From the NCBI GenBank assembly GCA_951406725.2, contig OX597816.1, positions 76,074,001 to 76,138,000 on the forward strand: 64,000 nt of DNA. The letters run 5' to 3'. Of this stretch, positions 28,387 to 42,626 are shown one piece after another. The notes below the pieces were generated by a model. The model made no database searches. It saw nothing but the letters and a program-made list of their open reading frames with translations, and was not told where the DNA came from. The first letter of the stretch is position 1; each line of letters begins with the position of its first letter. Made by a program: the position numbers and the translations under genes. This stretch comes from Octopus vulgaris (Eukaryota).

Positions 28387-28849
28387 GCATTTGTGAGTAA
28401 TGTCATACATCCATCCATACATACATACATACATGCATACACACACACATACAATAATAATTTCTTAAGTAGCAAGAGGATAGATTTGGTATTAATCTTC
28501 ATTTTGTACAACAGTCGTTTCGATTCATCCTGCTTTCGTCCCTTATGGGTGGGACTCCGTTCAACATGTATTGCTTCCATTTTGCAGTCTGGCTCATCCA
28601 TACATAAAGTTGTGTCACGCTGAAGATCCTGAGTTTGGGTTGTCGTGTTGCTATATGACCGTCTGGTTAGAGAATGAAACATTGCAACAATTTTCAATTA
28701 CTGTCATCTTTAATAATAAGGATTGCAACCATTTGCAAATATAGATAAAATATTGATAAAAAATAAATGAATAAATAAAAAATAACAGCATGTGACACCT
28801 TAGACTTAGATTTTCAGTGTTTGTAAGTGTATCACTCCCTTGCCCTTAG

Positions 28850-29559
28850 CTTGCCAATTGACGTTAGAGCAGCGTTGCAAAATTGCCCCTTAGCATGAAG
28901 TTTTTCAGTCTTCTACGGCACTTCACCGCAAGTTTGAGAAAGTTTATGGCTATCACACTGCTCCAACGGGCAGCACAATTTATGCTATCCATAGGAAATT
29001 TCTCTGAAGAGATCTGTTCTTGACAAACCACACAGCGGCAGCTTTACTACTATCACCATTGATGAAAATACAGAACTCCTGAAGCAAGCGTTAGCGAAAA
29101 GCCAGAGGAAGTCCATCCGGAGGATAGCACTGGATCTTAGCATCAACAAATGCTCGATTCAGCGGATGCTTCGAAAGCTCCACTCCTACCGACTTCAGGT
29201 TGTTCAAAGGCTTCAAGCGGAAGATCATGATGCTCGTGTGGAAATGTGTGAATCACTCCCCCACAATTACTAAAATGACTTTCAGTTCTTGGAAAACTTA
29301 TGGTTCAGTGATGAGTCTATCTTTCATCTCTTTGGTCAGGTAAACCGACACAGTTGTCGAATTCAGGGAAAATCAAAATCAACAGAAATTCCCGAACATG
29401 AACGAGAAGCTGGTGGTTTGGTGTGCCATGTGCAAGGGAAAGATACACTTACAAAAGCTGTAAAGTCTAAGGTGTCAAATTCTGACGGCCTCATGTCACT
29501 CCGAATGATACTTGAAACGAAATAGAAAAAAGAAAGTGTGTAATGACTTTTGGGATACC

Positions 29560-29563
<4 letters not shown>
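28850..29563 (+). mobile_element. Tc1/mariner rosa/DD41D-like transposase remnant, internally deleted, with right TIR
   Basis: APTGSTIYAIHRKF, KSIRRIALDLSI, YRLQVVQRL, LWFSDESIFHLFGQVNRHSCRI, VVWCA; ends GACTTTTGGGATACCCTG|TA. Confidence 0.8.
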
Positions 29564-29595
<32 letters not shown>

Positions 29596-30385
29596 CATAC
29601 GGATGTATGAATGTGTATATGTTTATCTCCATAGACGCACTTACATATACACAGACATACATATGCACACAAAATCATACACACACACACGCTCACACGC
29701 ACACATATATACATATTCACACACACACATGTGTGTGTGTGTGTCTATGATTAATCCGAGATCGCAAACCAAGCGGTAAATTCAGTTGTCGTTTAAAAAG
29801 TGAAAAATTGGGGAAAGATACACCGAGAGAGTACATGCTTCTGTGTGTGTGTTGTTGGAGGAGCGAGGAAGGAAGTGTATGCGTACTCTCATGTATTTTT
29901 GTATGCGTTTGGTTGATGATGTGCCCGTGTGCGCAAGTGTGCGTCGAAAATTTCTATGGTAGCTTACATTTACAGCTTTTAAGGTTAGAATGCCAAAGAT
30001 GCCGGTGATTGTATATTTACTTCAGTTCTCAGACTAAACAGACAATAATAATCTCCATAAACATTTATGTGGAGCAGGATCGGTGATGTTTATTAACTCT
30101 AATAAAAGCATTAAGCGCTTCAATAATACTGAGTGGCGCATGGTTGTATATGCGTAGATATGCATATGGGGGAATATGACTTCGGTTCAAGTGATATTTC
30201 GAAATAACGTTGCTCATGATAGTTGTGTTACAGATGAGGTTGTATGTGTGTTTTTATGAGTGTGTGTGTGTGTGTATTTGCACGCGCGCGTCATTGAATA
30301 GTATTCGTTTGTGTTTTTTGTATATCTTAAATATATATTTTCATTTATGAACCTATACTTTTTAGTAGAAACTAATTTCACCGGT

Positions 30386-32090
30386 TTAATTTCGAAAGAG
30401 GGTGCCAATGAAGTAACTCAGTAGGTGCGTTTCATTGGATGGTCCAGCTATAATGGGCCTTAGCTTCCAGGTTTCCTGGTGTTGGTATATGTAGTGGAGG
30501 GCAGCGGACTCGCGGTCGTAGGATCGCGGTTTCGATTCCCAGACCGGGCATTGTGAGTGTTTATTGAGCGAAAACACCTAATGCTTCACAAGGCCCCTGC
30601 AGGGGGTGGTGGTGAACCCTGCTGTACTCTTTCACCACAACTTTCTCTCACTCTTTCTTCCTGTTTCTGTTGTACCTGTATTTCAAAGGGCCAGCCTTGT
30701 CACACGCTGAATCTCCTCGAGAACTACGTTAAGGGTACACGTGTCTGTGGAATGCTCAGCCACTTGCACGTTAATTCCACGAGCAAGCTGTTCCGTTGAT
30801 CGTATCAGCTGGGACCCTCATCGTCGTAACCGACGGAGTGCTCCTATATATATATGTATGCATAACTTAGATGATTTTCTAATTGCTTCATTTATAACAT
30901 AGCTTTTATGAATTTTCGCTAAGCCATAGAAGAGGCTGGGCTTACATTTTAAGTTAGTTATGTAGTCTATTTCTCTTTTCGTCAGGCCTTTTCCGTGTAT
31001 TTGAACTAATGTCGAAAGACTTATCATTATTCTTTGAGGATTGTAGTCTTCAATCTTTTCGTAGTAGTTTTCATTATTCAGCATTAGTCAGCTTCCTTAA
31101 TTGTTAATTCCTCATTATTTTGTAATTCAGTTAACTCTTTCCATTCGCTAGCGCTAAAGTTTGAGTTGATTTTTTGTTTGTGAAGGGGGTGCAGGGGACG
31201 TTGTCAATGTGGTTGCAGAACTCGTTGAGTGTTTTATCTCTACCTTTGTGTGGGATGTGGTTACTTTCGTTTATAACTAGTGAATCATCTTCAGTATTAG
31301 AGTTAACTAGTGCTTCTGTAAGTCTTAGTTTTCTGCAGAATTCCGTTATACTATCTTTTTTTTTTATTTTGGTTGGCTCTGCGTGGAGTTGGAGTGAATT
31401 TTAATTCTTTTGAGAGTATATTGACCTTTGTTGTTGATAGAAATTTATTTGATAGGTTAATTATATTCGGTTTTTCCTGTGTGTTATATTCCTACGTGTG
31501 TCCCTGTTTCTCTGGTCTGGGGCTAAAAAGATGTTCGTTGTGGTTGTGTCGGTTTGGATTGTTGATGTATCTGTTGGGATTTGGGTTAAAATAATCATGA
31601 TATTGCTCTATCCAGTTGTGTGTTCATTGGCATTGGGTATAGTGCCTAGTGTCTTTTTCATTCGTGTATGGGTTCGTAGCCATATTACAGTCTTTTCTGG
31701 AGGTTTTGGTTTGCGGAACATTCCTGTTTCTAGTATTACCTTGTATTTTCCCAAGAGTTAGGGTCAACTGGGAAATTTGAAATATGGGTCTAGTATTTTT
31801 ACGTTGTTAGCGATCCCTATTTCTAGTGTGTAGATGGTTTTTTCCCGATGTGTGGTTGGTTCTGTGTAATTGTTTACTTTTATTTATCCATAATTAAGGC
31901 CAGTTTGTTCTTTGTTCAATTCTTTATGATTATGCTTTGCTGCCTTCTTCATAAAGGGGTTATCCGAATTAAATTCATTTTTGAAGTTCGATTCATAACC
32001 TTGGAAGAAGTTACTATTTTCCCAGCGTTGAAGGGAATTTCTTTCTTCAGCTTCGCATGTTTCTATCCAAAGTTTAGTAATGTTTTCCAT
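30386..32090 (-). mobile_element. Penelope-like element, N-terminal and early RT region (pseudogenized)
   Basis: NLSNKFLSTTKVNILSKELKFTPTP, FCRKLRL, PSLFYGLAKIHKS and KLRPIIAGPSNETHLLS in the canonical PLE order; interrupted by a SINE. Confidence 0.9.
30494..30845 (+). mobile_element. SINE group C (head 2 + tail X) nested in the PLE RT
   Basis: Head resembles 33515 and tail resembles 8995-9175; probable TSD TATATGTA. Confidence 0.85.
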
Positions 32091-32220
32091 CTGTATCTAT
32101 CTATATATCTATGTATGTATGTATGTATGTATGTATGTATGTATGTATGTATGTATGTATGTATGTATGTATGTATCTATCTATCTATCTATCTCTCTCT
32201 CTATATATATATATATATAT

Positions 32221-32308
32221 TTCCTGAGCGTCAAATAATACTTTAATTGTTCCACGTCCTCGCGTTGCTGTGTTTTTTTCTGTGTTTTCTTGTTTGGATT
32301 AACTTTAT
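32221..32308 (+). mobile_element. Pseudo-LTR fragment inverted relative to the adjacent PLE ORF
   Basis: Matches 26253-26338. Confidence 0.7.
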
Positions 32309-32404
32309 ATATATATATATAGATCGATAGATAGATAAAGCTTACTTAGAAAAAGATGCGTGACGTTCGATCATATAATAATATAAATAATATATAAATA
32401 TATA

Positions 32405-32806
32405 CATATAGACATACACATATGTACATACCTACATACATATGTATATATACATGCATATATGGGTACAGGAACCAGAAAACGTTGAACACAATGAGAA
32501 ACGAAGACATAAAAAGAAAAACATAGAAACGAACTTTTTTCAAACAACGAAAAAGGACAGAGAAACCAGACATACAACATAAAGAATAATTCCCTTCTTC
32601 AGTTGTCCCTCAGGGGAATATTCTTTATGTCGTAAGTCTCGTTTCTCTGGGTTTTTTTTTGTTGTTTCAAAAAAAGTTCGTTTCTGTGTTTTTGCTTTTT
32701 ATGTATTCGCTTCTCATTGTGTTCAACGTTTTTCTGATGTCCTGTGCCCATATATTCATGTACATATATATAAATGTATGTAGGTATGTACATATATATG
32801 TCTATA

Positions 32807-32808
<2 letters not shown>
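32405..32808. repeat. Imperfect foldback with arms of about 190 bp
   Basis: Arms 32405-32596 and 32612-32808 are diverged reverse complements. Confidence 0.85.
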
Positions 32809-32877
<69 letters not shown>

Positions 32878-33367
32878 ATACATATATAAAAGTCGAATGC
32901 TGACATATTTGCTTCTTTCCTAGGGGAAATTGTTAAACAAAGGAGGAACTGTTAAATATTCTTATATGTAGAGATCATCGAAGAAGTAAGTTATCAGAGG
33001 CATAAGTATGGCATTAGCTTGTTCTATGAAAAGGCAGAGTTGATATGTGATATCTTATCGATAGCTATCACATTATGAGTTTTGAAGAAAACATTATGTA
33101 TTCGTTATCGGTGGTGTTCAATTTGTTTGCCTTATTTCTGACAGTGTAACTTCATCTTTTTAGTGCATTTCATTTTAAAGTAAAAAGACATCATAAATTT
33201 TTCATATTGCAAAAATTTTGTATTGAATTTCAACAAAAATCACTAATTCTTTAAAGACAGTATAATTTCTCTGACTTTTTGTTATCACATGTCAATGTGT
33301 TTATATATTTTAAAAATTTCTATATGAATGAATATAAATAATGAAATAATTACCATATATAATTTTT

Positions 33368-33880
33368 TTCTTCTATAGGCACATGGCCTGAAATTGATGG
33401 GGAAATTACATCGAACCCCAGTGTTTGACTGGTACTTATTTTATTGACCCCCAAAGAATGAAAGACAAAGTCGTTTTTGGCGTGATTTGTATTCAGAACG
33501 TAAATAGAGGAAATGTGGAGGCGCAATGGCCCAGTGGTTAGGGCTGCGGACTCGCGGTTTCGATTCCCAGACCGGGCGTTGTGTGCGTTTATTGAGCGAA
33601 AACACCTAAAAGCTCCACGATGCTCCGGTAGGTGAGGGGGGAGTGACCCCTGTTGTACTATTTCGCCACAACTTTCTCTCACTCTTTCTTCCTGTTTCTT
33701 GAGTAACGCTGCGATGGACTGGGCTCCCGTCAAGCTGGGGGGAACACATACGCCACAGAAACCGAGAAACCGGGCCCATGAGCCTGGCTAGGCTTGAAAA
33801 GGGCGACGTTATTTTTTTTTAAATAGATGAAATGCCATTAAACATTTTGTTCTATGCGCTATCGATTCTGGTAGCTCGTT
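33368..33880 (-). mobile_element. SINE family B split by a group C SINE
   Basis: Family B segments at 33368-33514 and 33820-33880. Confidence 0.75.
33515..33819 (+). mobile_element. SINE group C (head 2 + tail Y) with 15-bp TSD
   Basis: GGCGCAATGGCCCAGTGGTTAGG head; TSD TAAATAGA(G/T)GAAATG at 33501-33515 and 33820-33834. Confidence 0.9.
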
Positions 33881-33889
33881 ATATGACTT

Positions 33890-33936
<47 letters not shown>

Positions 33937-34134
33937 ACCCCACTTGAAAGACCAAACCAAGCGATAAATTCTAAGAAGCATATTTGTTAAGATTCTACTG
34001 ATCAACTTTGCCTTATTATTTATAATGTTTACCATAACCAGCGACCAAATGACTCACACAATTCCAACTTATTTTGTTTTTTTCTTTATAAAACCTTTTA
34101 TCGTTTAGTTGTTTCAGCAAAAGATAAAAAATGA

Positions 34135-34290
34135 AAGATTTTTCAAACTGCAGCCATGGTAGGGCACGGCTTTAAAGACTTTTAGTCGAATGAATTGACT
34201 CCAGTACTTTTGAACCTGGAATTTATTCTTTCGCTTTCTTTTGCCGAACTGATAAGTTACGGGGACACAGACAAACCAACACTAATTGGA
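34135..34290 (-). mobile_element. Old SINE family A 3' fragment
   Basis: TTAGTCGAA..TTTTGCCGAACTG.TAAGTTACGGGGAC. Confidence 0.6.
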
Positions 34291-35076
34291 GTGAAAAACA
34301 GTGATACTTGTGTCAGGAGTTGTGACCGACAGATACTAAAAGTAATGAAAATATAATTTCCTTGGTTCGACTACAACCAGTTTCGAATGGAATGAAAGAA
34401 ATAAACCATTACAAAGTGTGTTCAATGTTGTGGTTGTTTAGAATGATGTAAGGATATGTACCTGAATAGGATAACGCGAAGTGCCTTTAAATATTTTGTT
34501 ATTTATTGTGATCTGTTAACTGCTACATTCTCAACGACAAGTTCCACATGTAAAATGTTAGTCTTGTTCAGTAAATAAAAAATAATTAATATCTACATTA
34601 GACTCCTGTTTATGTAAAATCTTACTAAACCCGTAGCTGTTAATAATATTCAAGAAACCTATACACATATCGATGGAAAATATTCTGATACATTCTAAAA
34701 GAAACCACACTGTAAAGAACAGAAAACTTTGGAAAACTTCGATAGCACGGCGTTTTTTCTCTATAAGCGAAATTATAGCACAAATTACAATCCTAAATTC
34801 CAATTTAAATCCTCCAAAAGTTCAACGATCGATACTACAAACGCTTGAAGAATTGTTTCAATTAATTAAAATTTTAAATTCAGGAAAATTAACAATAGCA
34901 TTCAGATGAAGTTAAAAACAGTCAATATGAAGAAAAACAACTCTAATGAAATTTGTAATTCCTTTTGACAAGAGAATGTCATATGAAATCGAACATAATA
35001 AATTCTACCGTCATATTTCCAATTCCATCATTACAGTATGAAAGTGAAATTAACACAAAAGGACTGAAAGTTACAA

Positions 35077-35562
35077 TTGGGTTGGCTAAAAAGTTTGTTC
35101 GTTTTTTCTTTTTATTTTTCGACACTAAAGTCAAAGAACCCGAATAAGTAGCTAAATACAGCCTGTCCCTTGCGCATGCATACTCCATAGATACTTGAGA
35201 CATTAATGTAGATCGGCAAGAACTTGTGACGAGACAGGTTGTAGAAGATTATCAACAACTCATGCTTTTTTTTATTTTTAAAAACGTCAAGAAAGCGGAA
35301 AAACCCTTCAGAAGGATACGCGCTCTGTATGGAGAGGATGGTGTTATGGAACGTGTATACAAAAAGTTATTTCCTAGATTTCAATAGGGAGATTTTTCAG
35401 TTCGAGATGCATTTTGCTCTGGCCGGCCAACTAAAAAATCGACATCAACCCGTGTCAATTAAAAATCTTGCTCTGGTCGGCCAACTAAAAAATCGACATC
35501 AACCAGTGTCAATTAAAAATCTTGCTCTGGCCGGCCAATTAAAAGTCGACGCCAACCCGTGT
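35077..35562 (+). mobile_element. mariner 5' fragment (left TIR and HTH) ending in a 3x54-bp tandem repeat
   Basis: TIR-like TTGGGTTGGCTAAAAAGTTTGTTCGTTTTT; IRALYGEDGV..KLFPRFQ*GDFSVRDAFCSGRP; repeat units start at 35416, 35470 and 35524. Confidence 0.8.
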
Positions 35563-37357
35563 ATATAGATAAATCCATATATAGGTAAAAACATATCTTC
35601 CAAAAAAAAAAAAAAATCTAGCAGTGTGACGGAAGGCCGACAATACAACCAACCGGTGAGAGAAAATGCAGACAGGTAAGGATAAAGAAAAACTGACCTG
35701 TTTCCGTGTATAATCCACTTTGAAATTTACGGTCCTCAGGTGGAAAAAACAATCACTATGTGGAGTGGACCAACGCAAAGAAAGATTGTAAGATTTTTTA
35801 CGATTACTTCAGTAATAAAATACTTAAATTATATATTACCTCCGCCAAGGAAGGAGGTTATGTTTCAATGGTATTCAGTGGTATAAGTTAAAAAACAAAG
35901 AAAATAACTTTGGGCTTTGTCCTATTTCGCACTTTAACCCAGAGTATGCTCGAGAGGAGTTTGTGCGAGTATGATCTATAACTGTTTGACTTTTGACTTT
36001 TGATAGAAAGATTGTCTTTCGTTTAATGATATGTGAACTTTGAACACTTGTTGATTCTTGGAATAATCTATCCTCCTCATTTAGAGTTGGTCCCAGTTCC
36101 CACGAAGTCATTATTCTATCAAACCTGGATGCTGAAATACATTCAATAAATCAAGAATCTCTGGTTTAAAGTATTTAATGTAGGCCTGGTCGTCTTATTT
36201 GTTCAAATACATGTAATTGGCGCTCACATACACATACACAAAATATGTGTACGTGTGTTTGTGGGTGTGTGTTAAATTTATGCTTTTTTATATTTGGGTT
36301 GCATATAAGTTTGGTTTTGGGTCTGCATTTCATTTTGTAACCGCTGTTCAATGAGTAAATTTTGAAATTTTTCAATCATCACGTCAGTCGTCAAATATTT
36401 TTTTTAGTCGAACATTTTAGAAAGAACTGCAACACATTATAAAAAACGAACTATTGGGTTATAAGTCAGATTGATAAGTGCATTATATAAAACTCACGGT
36501 ACTTAGATCACATTTGTCGCCGATTAACTTATATACAAATATATTCTCTTCCATTTTTAATTATCTGGATTCTTCATGCATGAAACGAATTAGTTTCTAA
36601 CAAACATACAAAGATATATATTTGGAATGCTGATAACAAAACAATGCCACATGAACTTGAAAACAGTCCTTCATATTTTTAGTCTCTCGCTTACAAATTT
36701 TATTTGCAGTATGCGTGTTAGCTAGTTAACTCTTTTCCTGGAAGCCCTAACTTTTCCAGATGCCACTTAGGTATTCTTATATCTGTTGAAAGGAGAAAGC
36801 GATTTGATTTTTGAAATCACATTTAAGTACAATTTGACATTAGAAGAAGGAATACAAACAATCACTACAATATTTCCTTCGCTCTCCCATTTAATTAAAA
36901 ACTGCAGTAGCACTTGTCACGAATGTAACTCATTCTGCAACCAGAATATTCGTAGTTTTAACTGTAAAATATAATGCTTCGAGCAAATGATAATGAATAA
37001 AAAAAAAAAGATCGTAGGAAGTATGATATAAACTTGTGTTTATCCTTATTTCTCGTACACACACGCGCGGGCTTACATATATATGTATCTATATTCATTT
37101 AATATTAACTGTTGAAAATAAACAGTACTCAAAACCTCGGTAGAGCTTAGCACATTTTGTTTTGTTCGAGTCAGTCTTTTGCTACTGCAGGCGCACAAGA
37201 ACTTCAGGCAACTTCTGTCTTGCCTAAAGATTCTGACCAAAGTATAATACACATACATACATACATGCATGCATATATACGTACATACATACTTACATAT
37301 GTATATACACATACATACATTCATACATATATACATACATATATACATATATACATA

Positions 37358-37399
<42 letters not shown>

Positions 37400-40300
37400 A
37401 ACATATAATATATATATATATATATACTCAGAGAGAGAGAAAGACAGAGTGAGTGTGTGTGTGTGAGAGAGAGAGATGAGATCGGGAGGTACTCAATATA
37501 GAGGACACTTAGTAGCGCTCAAATGATTTGAACTTACACTCCGAAATCTTTATCGAGAACCAAGTCCGTGGGGGTAAAAAGTGGCTATAAAAGTAATCCA
37601 GGCGAGGTGATATGTAGATAATGATGCAAATAAACAGATAAAAGCACTTGGCTAGGTATATAAACTATACATACATATATTTATATGTAAACAGGGAAAT
37701 ACAATAACTGAAAATATTCAGACGATTAACTTTTATGTATCAATATATGGATATTTATATATTAAAAGCCCAGATTTACACAGAATACAAAGACATGGAA
37801 AACTAAGGGGAGAGAAGGAATGGTTTTATAAGTTTCACATCTGTTTCTACGCCCACAGAATTACGTAGTTGGCGGATGTAGTTAGCAAAAAGACAAAGAT
37901 AAGAAACGAGTAGTGGAAGCATATGAAGATTAGGTAAATCCGGCGCCCGTCTTCAGGGTGGAGATACCAAGTCGAGCAATTTAGCAGAATTTCTCTATAT
38001 TGACTCATGCATGTTGTTTGTGATTATGCATGCCTCAGTTCCATTATCAGGGTGCATTCGGTGACAGTAATAAAATTTAATGTCTGATCAAGCTATTTCC
38101 TGATTGTTGAAAGGATCTTGATGGCGATACGTCATCTAGGAATTAATGAAATCATTTTAAAAACAGAACACAATGGTCAGGTTACTCTTTTATTTGTTAA
38201 AGCGGTGAACGTTATTTGATATTTTAAATACGTTTTGAAATCGAATTTCACATTAGAATGCAAACAATCGCAGTGGTTTTTCTGTCATTCCTCTTTTAAT
38301 TAAAACCGACAAAACGGTTGTAGCACCTGCCACAAACTTATTTGCAACCAGAATCATTTGTCGTTTTATGTGTCGTTTGTAATATTTCAAACAAATTATA
38401 ATGAATAAAGAAATATTAAATATAACGCCTACTGCGTGGAACAGGGAACAAATCAACATGGAGTGTTAGTCTTGATACCTTGCAGTAAGAATGATTTAGT
38501 TTCTGATACCCTGTCAATCATCCATAAATTCCAGATCACCGGTAAAAATCACGTGAAATAAGCAGAACTATCCTGGTGGTACAAAACTTAAATATGTATC
38601 TTCTGGACTTGATCACAAAGGTTTACTGCCCAGATCTGAAATTTTCAGCTGGAATCTCACTATCGAATGCAATTTTCTATCTTATCCAGGAATAATATAC
38701 GTAACTTCCTAGCAATTCCTAACCTAGTGTTATGTATTTTATTAATTCCTCCTCATCACTTTCCATGTTATCCATAATCTTTCAGTGTCTCAGCGACCTC
38801 ATTTTCCCGCTTTGAAAGAGCGAAACTGGTTGTCTTTGAGGAAATATAGCCTGTGAATAAACGATCCAATAAACATTATTAAATCTTTCTCTAAGTGAAT
38901 CTTGGTCATTTTAGTAGCAAAGTTAATCTTTGTTGTTGTTATTTATATTCAGATTATCACCAAACAAAATTATAATTAAAGGAATTCTAGTTGTGATCAT
39001 TTTGTATTTGTTTTCAGATAAAATTTATATAACATATTGTTAGAATTTAGAATGGTCATAATTAACACAGCCTATAAATATATGTGCAGGTTGTTGTCTG
39101 TCTTAGAATGTGTTTCATTTCTGTTTCGTTTTCCAAAGCAGTGGATGTTTGTTTATCTCTCCCCAAATATTTTTCACTACAATAATCTATAACTTTCTCA
39201 ATGATTAATGATATATTTTCTGTTAAATACTTGCTTTTTATAAAAGAAAAATGTATGCTCTTCAGAATACATTACTAACTGGTCTTGCGAAAAATTTTGT
39301 GAAACAAACGCAACATACGCTACTTTGGGAAATTAGTAAAGTGAAATATAGTGAAACAACAACTGGCGGCTGTGATGTAGACTTTATTTGTTATGACCCA
39401 CCCCAAATATAACAATATTCGTTTCAACACACAGTTTCAGATGAAAATTCTTGCAAAATAAAATTCAAAATCGAAAGTTTATATAAAACTTCATCCTCTG
39501 GTGTTTCCATCTTTTCTAAGTCAATAGATTAGGATTTTGAAAGAATTTGGCTGCATGTATTCATAATCCTTCGAGCGGCCGTATATATAACCTCACGCTG
39601 GTTTCAGAGTTTATCTTTGTGAATATATGGGTGGGGAGAATAAATATTGGGTAGTGTTTTTCTCTCTTGAACTATGTTTTTGCTGCTTTTCATGTGTGCC
39701 CTGCCATTAGCGGAATTCATGAAATGTTTTACCCTAGCCAACCAGTTTATTCTCTACGTCACGTGTTTTTATAACACTCTTAATGCATGTTTTATTTTTT
39801 ATCAATGCTAGATTGTGGGCAACAATATTCTGATGCATTCAAGCATATGTTTATTTTCTTTTATTGGTTCAGTATGAAATTTCATTCACGAAACTAAATT
39901 TATAAAATCAAACATAGCACACCAACTTGATCAAATATTAAAAATAAATATTGCTTCCTTCGCCCCACTCTCTCTCTCCCTCTTTCCCGTCTCTCTCCTC
40001 CCCTTTCCCGTCTCTCTCTTCCTCTTTCCCCTTCTCTCTCTCGTTCTCTGTCAGCCTAAAAAATACCAAACAGTTTTTATACCCACGGCACAAGAACTTA
40101 TCACCATTCGAGCTTCACTAAATAAAATTTTGCAGACAAACAACGACTACTTTGCTGGGTTTTAACTCACACAGAAAAAGAGAGAGAGAGAGAGAAAGAA
40201 AGAGAGAGAGAGGCACATATACACATATATGTATTTGTGCACTTATATATATCTAGAGGATTCTTATCCTAATATCCGTTTGAAAAAACAAAGCAATGTC

Positions 40301-40742
40301 AAATCGTTTTCTCGTGATCCATAGGTAAGGGAAATAATGTAGCCAACGGGCTGTCATTTCACCGAATACTTCATTAATCATTTGACATCTCTATACAATC
40401 TGCTGACGTAGATATATTTCTTTGGAGATATCGGGGTTTCTTCTGCCCTTACGAATGTTTATCGCAAACGTAATTTCTTTAACTGAAATATCAAAGATGA
40501 AAACAGATAAACTATGCAAGTTAGTATTTTTTTGTACATTTTCAAGCAATTCTTCAGTCAGTTAAACATGATCGTATCTGTCGGTTGATATGAGTACTTC
40601 TCAAATGTTAGGTTGTCTTCATCTAAAAGTATCAAAGAAAGAATTGAACCAACAAAGGAATCTTTATTACAATATAGAAATGAGTTAACAATGATACTTG
40701 ATCTCGGCTATATCTTAAAAAAAAAAAAAAAAAGAAAGAAGC

Positions 40743-40975
40743 AAGGCGGCGAGCTGGCAGAAACGTTAGCACGCCGGGTGAAATGCGTAGCCGTATTTCG
40801 TCTGTCGTTACGTTCCGAGTTCAAATTCCGCCGAGGTCGACTTTGCCTTTCATCCTTTCGGGGTCGATAAATTAAGTGCCAGTTACGCACTGGGGGTCGA
40901 TGTAATCGACTTTATCACTTTGTCTGTCCTTGTTTGTCTCCTCTATGTTTAGCCCCTTGTGGATAATAAAGAAAT
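40743..40975 (+). mobile_element. SINE family B, young full-length copy
   Basis: AAGGCGGCGAGCTGGCAGAAACG head, GAGTTCAAATTCC box and AATAAAGAAAT tail. Confidence 0.92.
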
Positions 40976-41509
40976 ATATATCTTTAAAAAAGGCATACTA
41001 GATACGTAGTCCGGATTCATGCACAGAGGAGACAGATGGAATGGTTACTACTCAAAATACCTTTAGTGAGGGATCTGCTCAATTGGTGTGAATTCGGATT
41101 AAATATCACAAAAACTTAATAAGTTTAAAATTAAAACTACATAATTTTAAACTAAAGTTATAGTTTTTCAGATAAATAAGCCAACATTATAAATAGCATG
41201 TGATGCAAGATCCAAACAATATACGATTGTTTCGTGTTTAAACATTAGAGCTCATTGATAATTACATCTCATTCTGAAGCCCTTCATTAATCCAGCGTAC
41301 TTTTGCCTCTTTAAAGACTTTATTCAAAATATGAGACGAGCTCTACATGATATAAGAGTTATATAAGTGAGCTCTCACTGCAAAGAAATTCGATGAAAAC
41401 AATGTTGTTGCCCAGGACGTCAGTGAAGCTTTCGACTGTGCTTGACCTGCAAATCTCATGTCAAAACTTCTCCTTTACAAGATCCACCCATATCTCATCT
41501 CTTGGATCA

Positions 41510-42045
41510 GTAGCTTCTTTCAGTTTCCGTCCACCATATCCACTGACAAAGTTTGGTCGGTCCGAGGTTGTAGTAGAAAACACTTGTCCAAGATTCCACA
41601 TAGTGGGACCGAACCTGGAACCATGCGGTTGGGAAGCAAGCTTCTCACCACACACCCACGCATTCATCTATATATGGATGTTTTACTTATTTCAGTCATT
41701 AGACTACGGCCATGCTAGACACCTTCGAGAATTTTAGTCGATCGAATCGATTCTAGTACTTATTCAAAATAACATTTACTCTATCAGTTTCTTCTCGAAC
41801 CACTAGGTTACAGTGACGTAAACACATCAACACCAGTTGTCAAGCAGTGGTGGGAGACAAACACAGAAACAAACATTTCAGGAGTTTTCAGCATTTTTTT
41901 CGCGAAGCTGTTATAACTGTCCTAAATTATTGTAATTTAAAAAATCCACTCACAACGCTTTAGTCGACCTCAGGCTATAATAGAAAACACCCAAGCTGCC
42001 ACGTAATGGAACTGAACTCACAGCCATGTGAATGGGAAGTAACTT
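41510..42045 (-). mobile_element. Cluster of SINE family A fragments
   Basis: 5' half at 41510-41660, 3' half at 41680-41875 and 5' half at 41940-42045. Confidence 0.75.
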
Positions 42046-42375
42046 CGAATAAATCCTCTGAATAACAAACACCTTCTTCATTATACTCATTGAAAATATA
42101 GGTAACCATCTACGTTATTGGGTATGTAACGTGATATAATACAGAGATAAATAATTACGACAAGGTATTTAGTACACTAAATAGCTGAGATAAAGAATAG
42201 TTCTGTCTTTTGTTAAATTAACGTTATCTGTTTAATACTTCTTACAAAACTTCTCATCTTATTATAGAGGACACATCAATTCCTGTCAGTAAACACGTCC
42301 TTTTGTTTGGAACTCAGGAAGTTTCTTTCCCAAATAAGTGATTTTTCTAACTAAACACTCAGCTTTCGTTTTATA

Positions 42376-42443
<68 letters not shown>

Positions 42444-42592
42444 TACACATATATATATGTATGTATGTATATGTATATATGTGTATATATATGTGTGTAT
42501 AATGTGTGTGCGCGTATGTGTATGTGTGTGTATATACATATATATATGTGTATATATATATAGGTATATATGTGTGTGTGTATGTATGTATG

Positions 42593-42626
<34 letters not shown>

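Noticed and set aside
33515-33580. tRNA genes at the SINE heads (also 8854, 30494 and 58127)
   Set aside because: A/B boxes are present but there is no complete cloverleaf, and each continues into a SINE body.
35414-35562. CRISPR-like repeat array
   Set aside because: Units are contiguous with no unique spacers, derive from a mariner, and the context is eukaryotic with no cas genes.
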